A program made the position numbers and the translations under genes. 64,000 bases of DNA from a virus: IMG/VR virus record IMGVR_UViG_3300036785_000370, positions 7,991 to 71,990 of that record. The stretch is one strand, 5' to 3'. The notes under the pieces are model-generated. The model worked only from the letters and a program-made list of their open reading frames with translations. It was not told the DNA's origin and did not search any database. Below are positions 56,052 through 64,000 of the stretch, one piece after another. Every line of letters begins with the position of its first letter. The stretch's first letter is position 1.

Positions 56052-56693
56052 ATGGCACGACTATCAATGGCAGCTAGGAAAAAGCTGCCCTCAAAATCGT
56101 TCGCTTTACCCGGCAAGGGCACAGGAAAGGGCGGTAAAGGGTCTGGATCGTACCCGATACCTGATCCCAGCCACGGCAGAAACGCGCTCGCCAGAGTGTC
56201 GCAGCACGGCACACCAGAGGAGAAAAAAATCGTGAGAGCAAAAGTACACGCAAAATTTCCCAACATCGGCAAGAAACAGATGGGCGGCGTGATCGGTGGT
56301 GGGCGTCCGCCGCGAGCGGGCGGCGCGCCAAGCATCGGAGGTCCACCGCGTGGTAGATTTGGGCCACCGCGTCCGAGGATTGGTGCCGGTGTTCCTGCGA
56401 CTCCACGAGCTCCAAAGCCGGTAGCTGCGGCGCCTGCGCCCGCGGGTGTGCCACAGCTCGGAGGCGCCTTTAAACGTGGTGGCGTAGCTTCGTTTCCTAA
56501 ACCGCACACCTACGAAGGCGGCGGCGTCACCGACCGGGTAGGCAAAGAAATGTTGACTGGCAAAAGAGAGATGCTGCCGAAGTTTAAGGAGGGCGGCGTG
56601 GTAGGAAGTCGTTCAGGGGATCAATCGCCCGCGGCGTGCGGCAATCAAAAGGGGCATAGCGGTTTCGCCGCGTTTGGAATCAAGAAAGGATAA
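56052..56693 (+). CDS. Basic Gly/Pro-rich protein with GGV motifs
   Basis: RKKLP.K.FALP...YPIPD.SH.RNALAR; QMGGV, FKRGGV, YEGGGV, FKEGGV. Confidence 0.6.
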   Translation: MARLSMAARKKLPSKSFALPGKGTGKGGKGSGSYPIPDPSHGRNALARVSQHGTPEEKKIVRAKVHAKFPNIGKKQMGGVIGGGRPPRAGGAPSIGGPPRGRFGPPRPRIGAGVPATPRAPKPVAAAPAPAGVPQLGGAFKRGGVASFPKPHTYEGGGVTDRVGKEMLTGKREMLPKFKEGGVVGSRSGDQSPAACGNQKGHSGFAAFGIKKG

Positions 56694-56987
56694 ACAATGG
56701 CTAAAGCACTAGTTGGAGTTCATTATGGAAAGCTCACTTCGGAGCCAAAGCCGAGGCGTCACACGCGCGGCCGTGCCAAGATGACCGGTCGGAGCGGGCC
56801 GCCGATGGTAGACGTCGGCAGCAAGAAAGAGCGCAGAGGCACGGCGAAAACTGTGCGCGATACCTCTTTCCGATTCGCTAAGACTGGATCGGTGTCGGAA
56901 CGGAACAGTCATTCAGGGCCGTCGGATCATCCGACCATCGGCGGTCAGAAAAACCGAAGCGGCTCGGTCGGCCCATACAAATAGAGT

Positions 56988-59429
56988 GTGGCAGCGGATT
57001 TCACCAGTCTTGTCCAGAGCCCGGGTACGCCCGAGGTTAAAGGCACTGGAGTCAATGTTCCGAACATCGATAAGGAAACACTCGAGGTTCGCAACCCAGC
57101 GATTCTGGACGGTGCTCAAGCTTGGAGTGTTTATGTATCGCTGGAAACTTCCAACCGGAATCGCACCAGTGTTAACTCCGAACTGGACGCTCGTTATTTC
57201 GGAAAGCAGCCGCACGACCAGGAGGCGCTAAGGTCAGCCAATCAAGGTTGGCGCAGCAATTTCCCCACACTGGCGTTGGCGGGGATGGTTAATCAGGTAG
57301 TCGGCCGGCTCGTGTCGGTAGTAGACAACCTTCGCACGCTGACGAATTCCAAGCTCCGCTACGGCGACGAAAAGGTTAAAGCGGATTTGGAAGAGAAGAC
57401 GCGCAAATTTCAGGACGGCGTCACCCAAACCATACGGCGTTGGCGCGGGTGGCGCGCACTGGTCACATCGATCTGCAAAGAGACGGTCCTGATCGGATAC
57501 TCATGCCCAGCATCGGTAGACCAATACGAATGGCGACCTCGCTTTTATCGCAGTGACAACGCGTTTCTGGCCGAAGGCAGCGCACAATATCCCGACAGCG
57601 TGCAAACGGCTGGGTTCAAGCAATCGGTGTTGATCCACGAGCAGTTCGATTATATCAGCAAAAGCCGAGACAAGGACGGCGACGTTAAGGAGCAAGAATC
57701 TCGGGAAATAGCTAAGGTCGCTGGGTGGAATGTTGAAGCGGTGGTGGACGCGCTCAACACCAGTATGCCCAAGCAACCGACGAGGGATGCGAATGCGAAC
57801 GCGGCTCGCGTTTACCAGGATATGGCGCGCGAGATCAATCTTGGGATGAGCTACCAGACTGGCTCCAAGGTGGTAGATTGGGCAATCCTGCTCGCGCAGG
57901 AGACAGACACCGGCAAGGTCAGCAAGTTCGTCATCAATAGGAACCAATCGCACCAGACGCTGTTCGAGCGCCACAGTCTGTTCGACAGCATGGCAGATTG
58001 TCTTCACCCGTTCACGCTGGAACCTGGCAACCTGGCTTACTATGGATCCAAGGGATTGGGCAGGACGCTGGTCAACATCACGACCGCGATGGACGTCGCC
58101 GCAAATGACGCAGTGGATGCATTTCGGCTGAGTGGTCTCAAGACGCTGATCGCCGATGCCAAGGGCGGCATCAACGCGCAAATCAAGGTCACAAATCCGT
58201 TCGTGCAAGTGACCACGGACGCGGTTCTGGGCGAGCAGAATTTCACGTTTAACGCCGAAGCGTTCACGATGCTCTACAGCAAACTCGGCGATATCGCGCA
58301 GCTCGCGGGCGGCGAATATTTGCCCAATCAATTATCGAAGACCGAGCCCGGCAAAGATCGCACTGCTACCGAGGAACAGATCGACCGGCAACGCGAGTTG
58401 GAAGCGCAACAGGCATTCGTGGCACGGTTCTTGGGCCAGTTCTACGACATGATATTCGCGATGCAGCGGCGCATGTGTGATCCGGACACGCCGGACGAGG
58501 AAGCGCAGGAACTGCAAAAGATGCTCATGAAAGAAGGGCTGTCTCGGGCAGAGATCGAGGAGCTCCGACAAACGCCCACTGTAGAATCGATTCAGGATCT
58601 GGCGCAGGTAGCGTGGCAGGCGATCAGTTCGCTCTACATGATCTACAAAGGCAATCCATTCGTCGATCAAGTCAAGCTGACCAAGAAAGATATGGCCGCT
58701 CGCAGTTCGCCGCAGATCGCCGACGAACTCGTGTTGCCAGATGCGGTAGATCCGACGAGCGCGGACGAGAATCGCAACAAGCAGCTCATGGAATCCGCGG
58801 TGATGCAGCTGGGTGATTACATCGGGATCAGTCCGCGCGACATGGACAAGATCCATCTGGATGTGATTGGAGCGCAGATACAGCAGGCGATGCCTGGTAT
58901 CGCCCAAAAAGCACAAACAGGGGCGCCGGATCTGGAAGGGATTTTGAGCAATCTGCAATTGGTGTCTCGTCACATAGACGAGCATCTCCAATCATGGGAG
59001 ATGAAGGTTGGCAAGGAGGGGCTACCTCAAATAATGCCCTACAAGGCCAAGCAGCAACAGTTTACGAACATCTTGAAACAAGGCTCGGCCGAACTGCAAC
59101 GTATGAGGACGAAACAGGCCGCAGCGATGCAGCAACAGCAAGCGCAAATGCAACAGCAGATGCAGCCGCAATTACCGCCTGGGATCACCCCGCAGGATAT
59201 GCAGGGAGCACCGCCCGGGGTGTCGCCGCACATGCTGAAGATCGCGACGTCGATCGATTACAAGAGCGCGCCCGATGATATCAAACGACAGATAGAAAAA
59301 GCCGCAGGATTCGTCCCTAGCCGTACTGGCAATGCTACGGCCACAGCGTCACCGCAGATGCCTCCAATAGGATTCCAGTCGCCGCCAATGGGCGCGCAGC
59401 CGACACCAGCCGCTCCGGTTCCGGCATAA
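56988..59429 (+). CDS. Portal protein
   Basis: 813 aa, between terminase and scaffold/capsid; YGSKG.G and RTATEE motifs; long Gln/Pro C-terminal tail. Confidence 0.75.
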   Translation: MAADFTSLVQSPGTPEVKGTGVNVPNIDKETLEVRNPAILDGAQAWSVYVSLETSNRNRTSVNSELDARYFGKQPHDQEALRSANQGWRSNFPTLALAGMVNQVVGRLVSVVDNLRTLTNSKLRYGDEKVKADLEEKTRKFQDGVTQTIRRWRGWRALVTSICKETVLIGYSCPASVDQYEWRPRFYRSDNAFLAEGSAQYPDSVQTAGFKQSVLIHEQFDYISKSRDKDGDVKEQESREIAKVAGWNVEAVVDALNTSMPKQPTRDANANAARVYQDMAREINLGMSYQTGSKVVDWAILLAQETDTGKVSKFVINRNQSHQTLFERHSLFDSMADCLHPFTLEPGNLAYYGSKGLGRTLVNITTAMDVAANDAVDAFRLSGLKTLIADAKGGINAQIKVTNPFVQVTTDAVLGEQNFTFNAEAFTMLYSKLGDIAQLAGGEYLPNQLSKTEPGKDRTATEEQIDRQRELEAQQAFVARFLGQFYDMIFAMQRRMCDPDTPDEEAQELQKMLMKEGLSRAEIEELRQTPTVESIQDLAQVAWQAISSLYMIYKGNPFVDQVKLTKKDMAARSSPQIADELVLPDAVDPTSADENRNKQLMESAVMQLGDYIGISPRDMDKIHLDVIGAQIQQAMPGIAQKAQTGAPDLEGILSNLQLVSRHIDEHLQSWEMKVGKEGLPQIMPYKAKQQQFTNILKQGSAELQRMRTKQAAAMQQQQAQMQQQMQPQLPPGITPQDMQGAPPGVSPHMLKIATSIDYKSAPDDIKRQIEKAAGFVPSRTGNATATASPQMPPIGFQSPPMGAQPTPAAPVPA

Positions 59430-59474
59430 TGTGTTTGACCAGCTGAAAAAGACGCTCAAACTGGAGAAATAAGT

Positions 59475-59753
59475 ATGGCCCCACCCCAACCAACAACAAC
59501 CGAGACTGAAGGCGAAATCCCGTGGGACGTTATAGCTGACAAGCAGCTACGAAAAGATATCGATCAGTCGCTGCAAAATTTGAAACAACTCACGCCTTCA
59601 CGGGAGCGGGCACTGGCGATCACAAAATTGCAGGAAGCAATCATGTGGTTAGGCATGGATCTGAAAAGGCTCAACGAGCCGAATCCTTACCCGCACGGCT
59701 ACGATCCCACGAGTCCGCGGATCGACCCCGTCGCCGACGGTCTCAAGCTATGA
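59475..59753 (+). CDS. Small helical-hairpin protein, Acb2/Tad1-like candidate
   Basis: SRERALAITKLQEAIMWL. Confidence 0.45.
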   Translation: MAPPQPTTTETEGEIPWDVIADKQLRKDIDQSLQNLKQLTPSRERALAITKLQEAIMWLGMDLKRLNEPNPYPHGYDPTSPRIDPVADGLKL

Positions 59754-60281
59754 TGGCACCTGAACAATGCGCGAGTCTACACGGATTCGTGTTAGCCATC
59801 CCGCTGATCGATACTCTCCACGAGATGCGGCCATCTCTGGGCGGCAATAGCATGGAAGAGTCAGCGTTATCGGCCAAGAAACGGGAGGGTTACGAGGAAT
59901 GCATGGCCAACATTCTCTCATTAGCAAATCGCGGAACGACCGCCAAAATCACTTCGCCTTTCGTTGACATATTAGTTCACGATCAACCTGTATCGGAGGT
60001 GGCATGATCGCAGAGGAAGCTGAGTTAGGACTGACTGGAAAAGGCGTTGCGCCGGTGCAGATCGAGGAGATCGACAAACTGGTCGAGAAATACATCCGCC
60101 GAAAAGAGGCGAGCGCGGCCGCAGACAAATCTGAAAGCGAAGCCAAAGGGAAACTGGTAGACGCGATGCATGGCTACGCAGATCAGTTACGTGAGCCAGA
60201 TGGCGCTTTGGTATACAGATTAGGTGAGACGGTTGTATCGCTAGTCGCCGGCGCCGAGAAGTTGAAAATCGAAGGGGTTAC

Positions 60282-61604
60282 ATGAAATTAACCACTGAAC
60301 AGGAAGAAGCCGAAGCCGCGCGCGCCGCAGAGACAGACGCGGCCGCAATGGAAAAGCTGTTATCGGAGACGCCAGCGGACGAGCCAGAGCCCACGCCGAC
60401 GCCGGAACCAGAGCCTGCTGCGCCGCCGCCGGCGGACGAACCGAAACCTCCACCGGCCGACAAGCCACCGCCAGAGCCAGCCGCAGAGATCAAGCCGAAG
60501 GATACGTCTCTGGAGCCGGACGACTTCGAGAAAGACCTCCAGAGCGACAAATACGAGCCTCCAGCTGGAACAACGCGTCATTCGCGCGACATCATCAAGG
60601 CGGTAAAAGACCATGCCACACGGGAGCATCGACTGTATCGCGAGACTGCGGTCGCGAAGGAAGCACTGGAGAAGCAACAGCAGGAGTTGCAAAAGCAGAT
60701 TGCCGCGGGCGCAGCGGATCGCGCGGAGCTCGATCGTCTCCGGCCGATCGTAGAGACGTTCGCGATAGAACGGGATCCGCGCCTCAACGAACGTTTTGGC
60801 ACTGAGATGTCGAAGATAGATCATCGGATCATAGTCAATCTTGTTAACCACGGGCTATCAAAGGAGACGGCTGAATACATAATGAAACACGGCGGCCCGA
60901 CGCAATTCAGCAGGGATTCGGTTTCCCAGGTTGAAGCCGAGGCGGAACACGCCGGCGGAACGCCCGTCCAGATGAGCCACAAGCAATTCTGGGATGAGCG
61001 CGTGGTGAAACAACTCTCTGAAGAAGGTCATCGCCCTGTCAAACTTGCTTTCGACGATGAGACACGGCTTAAAGAATGGCGCGATGGTGAGCTGCGCTCC
61101 AGGCTTTCCAATCGCGAGCAATACTTCAAGGATCTCCAAGAGGAATCAAAAAGGAACGAGGAAGGGTTCAAGGCTGAGTGCAAGAAAGAATTGGACTTAC
61201 AGCTCAAAGATCTGGGTGACCTGGCAAAGCCAAAGACGATCCCGGCAGATGCGACGCCTGAACAAAAGAAGAGGCTAGAGACCTACAATCAAATGGTGTC
61301 AGACGCCACGGCAAAATTCGACACGACATTCTTCGATACTTCCCCAAGGGCGCTGGTCAAAAAGAATCTCGGCTACCTAATGTTAGAGAGCCTGAAAATA
61401 TTCGTGGAGATGAAGGACGCCGAGATCGCGGAAGAGAGGTCCGCTCGAGAGGCGATACAGAAAAAGTGGGATGCCAGTTTGAAAGCGGCTAACACATCGC
61501 ACAGGCAATCGGTGCAACAGCAACCAAAGCCGATTGAGGGTGTGCAGGCGGAGAAAAACGACGGCCGGCGAATGGAAATGATGTTGGAGCAACTGCCGGG
61601 ATGA
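60282..61604 (+). CDS. Capsid scaffolding protein
   Basis: Acidic Pro-rich N-terminus and coiled-coil-like body, upstream of the capsid gene. Confidence 0.6.
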   Translation: MKLTTEQEEAEAARAAETDAAAMEKLLSETPADEPEPTPTPEPEPAAPPPADEPKPPPADKPPPEPAAEIKPKDTSLEPDDFEKDLQSDKYEPPAGTTRHSRDIIKAVKDHATREHRLYRETAVAKEALEKQQQELQKQIAAGAADRAELDRLRPIVETFAIERDPRLNERFGTEMSKIDHRIIVNLVNHGLSKETAEYIMKHGGPTQFSRDSVSQVEAEAEHAGGTPVQMSHKQFWDERVVKQLSEEGHRPVKLAFDDETRLKEWRDGELRSRLSNREQYFKDLQEESKRNEEGFKAECKKELDLQLKDLGDLAKPKTIPADATPEQKKRLETYNQMVSDATAKFDTTFFDTSPRALVKKNLGYLMLESLKIFVEMKDAEIAEERSAREAIQKKWDASLKAANTSHRQSVQQQPKPIEGVQAEKNDGRRMEMMLEQLPG

Positions 61605-61839
61605 GCGATTTAAAAGACAGGAAGCTCTTTATAGTCACGTTTCGTGTTGATGAAGTGCTTCAAAATGGTCAGCAGCCGCGGGTGCTGCACATTCCTGCTT
61701 TAGTTCTGGATTTCAATTCCGCAGAAAGCGCAGGCTTAGACTTCATCGCGGATTTTAAAAACAAACCTGAAGCACGACAGCTTCCACCGGATGCGAAGCT
61801 GGAGATTCAATCCATCATTGCGGGAGGGACAATATTACT

Positions 61840-62532
61840 ATGATCGATCAATACAAAAAGCTCGTAAGAGACGCACTCAAAAAATGGGGTGACGATGCAC
61901 CAGCGCATTTTGGCATCCAGAAGGGAAGGCTGGAGGGCTACATTAAACGAGGCAATTACCCTCCGAGCCTGATGGGACAGATCATCGCTGAGGAGGGTCT
62001 TCCCAGAGCAGCAGAAGAACAGCCGACACCGCAGCCCGAACCACAGCCGCCGCCACCACCGCCAATGTACCCGCCAACGGGACAATACGAGTGGCCTGTG
62101 GAACCAGTGGCTCCTCCAGTGCCGCCTCAAGGGGTTCAATACGAGCTTATGGCAACCAATAAGCGCGTGGGAGACATCGTTTCTTACATCCAAAACACGA
62201 TCGATCTTTACATCAAGCAGTTCGCCGCTCGTATCGCGATGCTTGAACGGCAATTTTCCGCCGTGCGTACCGAACAATTGCGCGCTGCCGGGGCGGTTAG
62301 AGCGCGTCCTGATCAAGGTGTGCCAGTGGACCAGGTGTTCACCACGAGTCCGTTGGGAAACGCTCTAGACACTGGGATTGCGCCAACGCGCGAACAAGTG
62401 GAAGCGCAGGCAAACATGACGATCATCGAAGGCGTGCCGGTGCCAGGCGGCCAGCTGGCGCGGCCAGCGGAGTTTATTCCGAATCAACCTTCGTTTGGCT
62501 TCAACTGGAACATTCCTCGGCCACGCAAATAA
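61840..62532 (+). CDS. Hypothetical Pro-rich protein
   Basis: ORF coupled to the upstream gene. Confidence 0.5.
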   Translation: MIDQYKKLVRDALKKWGDDAPAHFGIQKGRLEGYIKRGNYPPSLMGQIIAEEGLPRAAEEQPTPQPEPQPPPPPPMYPPTGQYEWPVEPVAPPVPPQGVQYELMATNKRVGDIVSYIQNTIDLYIKQFAARIAMLERQFSAVRTEQLRAAGAVRARPDQGVPVDQVFTTSPLGNALDTGIAPTREQVEAQANMTIIEGVPVPGGQLARPAEFIPNQPSFGFNWNIPRPRK

Positions 62533-62536
62533 ATTG

Positions 62537-62566
62537 TTGACAGATTTCGGTAGCAGGGCGTAACTT
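62537..62566 (+). promoter_or_regulatory. Sigma70-like promoter for the capsid gene
   Basis: TTGACA N18 TAACTT. Confidence 0.5.
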
Positions 62567-62732
62567 CGCGTCCAGCCAGCTCGGAGATCGATCCGAGGAA
62601 TAGATCGGCAGCTAACATGGCGGCAGCTGGAGCCCTAGACTCGCGGGCGTCGAAAGCCAGTTAAGGCTTAAGGGGAAACGGGAGGCAATGCCTCGTCACC
62701 CTTAAATTTCTAAACCTTAACAAGGAAAAACA

Positions 62733-63959
62733 ATGGCTTATCCAACCGATATGATTACGCCGAGCCAGGTAGTCGATTTGGCAAATAAAGACGCCAATCG
62801 GCTCGTCGGCCCGGTCGCCGAGTTTGTTGTTAGGCGTGAGCCTTACTCGAACACGGTGTCCTCTGGGACGTTGCCGAATGTGTCCACGCTGGTTCGCAGC
62901 GTCGTCGCAGAACGTGCGTTGCCAGCTGCAAGTTTAGCGCGGCCAGTGTTTGTCCCAGACGAACAGATCTGCGGACAGGCCGGCGGAACCACGCAAGTGG
63001 GAACCACTGAGTTTCAATATCAATTGAAGACTTTGAGGGAGCGTGGACCAAAAGTTTGCGTCAAGACAACTCGAACCGCGTGGGCCAGCTCCTACCCCGC
63101 GATCATCAATTCCCTCAAAGAAGCGATCAAAGAGGTCACCGGATCCGACATCCGAGCGACCTACCTCGACCAGGGCGGCTGCAAACTTGTGGCCGATTCC
63201 ACGGGACCCTTCACGGGTTCGCCTGGTGACTTTGCCGGCGATGTGAACGCGGTGGGCACCTTGTTTCCCAATCGGATTCCCGATTCCCCGATGAGTTTCA
63301 GGGGTCTGGAATACACGGCGACCTACATGCGCGAGACGCTTCAGGTCGATCCCTACGACGGCGAAGAAAGCGAAGGCGGAATGCTCACCATCGCGTCACA
63401 GGATGCGATCCAGCTGTTCCGCGACGAGCTGGACATCCGAGAGGATATCCGCGCATTGACGACCGGTCGCTACGCACTCGGCCAAGAGACCATCCAGGGA
63501 TACAAATTCCAAGGTCCATACCACGGTATCGGCTGGGGAATTGATCCGCGGCCGTTGCGCTGCACGACTCTGAACACGCAGGTAGTGGGCGGTGTGACTT
63601 ACTTGAGCCCAGTGCTGCTCGAGCCTTACATCGCGGTCCAGGTGTCGACGGGCTTTGCGGCGCGTCCGAATCCAGCATGGATCGGTGCGATGTATGAGTT
63701 CATGTTCCTGATCGGCAAGAACGGGTTCAGGCGCTTGACGCCCGAATCCTACAAGATCCCGGGATTTGATTTCTCGGCGCCCATCAGCAACAACGGACTG
63801 CAATTTAGGCAGTTAATCGATGCGGACGCCAATTTTTGGGGCGATTTTGGCCAGCATATTTACGAGATCGCACGAGCCTACAAACCAGAGCATCCGCACG
63901 CGATCTGCGCGATCATCTACAAGCGGCCGACGGCCTCCTTGGCACTGACACCAGGCTAA
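62733..63959 (+). CDS. Major capsid protein
   Basis: 408 aa, AAGGA RBS, own promoter, downstream of portal and scaffold; called mainly on position and size. Confidence 0.7.
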   Translation: MAYPTDMITPSQVVDLANKDANRLVGPVAEFVVRREPYSNTVSSGTLPNVSTLVRSVVAERALPAASLARPVFVPDEQICGQAGGTTQVGTTEFQYQLKTLRERGPKVCVKTTRTAWASSYPAIINSLKEAIKEVTGSDIRATYLDQGGCKLVADSTGPFTGSPGDFAGDVNAVGTLFPNRIPDSPMSFRGLEYTATYMRETLQVDPYDGEESEGGMLTIASQDAIQLFRDELDIREDIRALTTGRYALGQETIQGYKFQGPYHGIGWGIDPRPLRCTTLNTQVVGGVTYLSPVLLEPYIAVQVSTGFAARPNPAWIGAMYEFMFLIGKNGFRRLTPESYKIPGFDFSAPISNNGLQFRQLIDADANFWGDFGQHIYEIARAYKPEHPHAICAIIYKRPTASLALTPG

Positions 63960-64000
63960 CCCTCTATTGAAGGAAAGGAGACAAAACATTATGGCTAATA

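Noticed and set aside
1-64000. Integrase, tRNA or rRNA genes, or host chromosomal flanks
   Set aside because: None recognised by eye; a tRNAscan-SE run and the rest of the contig would be needed to exclude them.

Overview
The window looks like most of a tailed dsDNA bacteriophage genome. It is probably podovirus-like: I see portal, terminase, scaffold, capsid, tubular-A/B-like tail proteins, a beta-helix spike and large ejection proteins, but no tail tube, tape measure or integrase. Layout: (1) 1-16.5 kb, rightward recombination/replication genes (VRR-NUC nuclease, RecT-like annealing protein, Cas4-like exonuclease, vWA + PurA-like pair, DnaB-N/AAA helicase followed by an iteron-like repeat cluster); (2) 16.5-24.9 kb, a leftward block of small genes, six of them preceded by a shared promoter/operator motif; (3) a sharp C-rich to G-rich strand switch around a non-coding gap at about 26.1-26.6 kb, a candidate genome end; (4) 26.9-64 kb, rightward virion and packaging genes. 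The standout is a solo 199-aa RAMP/Cas7-like gene (11421-12020) followed immediately by an approximately 690-nt non-coding array on a 5-nt lattice (NNNG[C/A/T])n punctuated by AAAGGC-like hexamers. This is a candidate minimal, non-CRISPR RNA-guided system. Other notable items are a C4-like structured RNA upstream of the helicase, a 2821-aa polyvalent protein segmented by MPSTA linkers, a GGV peptide motif shared by many low-complexity proteins, and an internally duplicated adaptor protein. All calls come from reading motifs by eye; no database searches were run.
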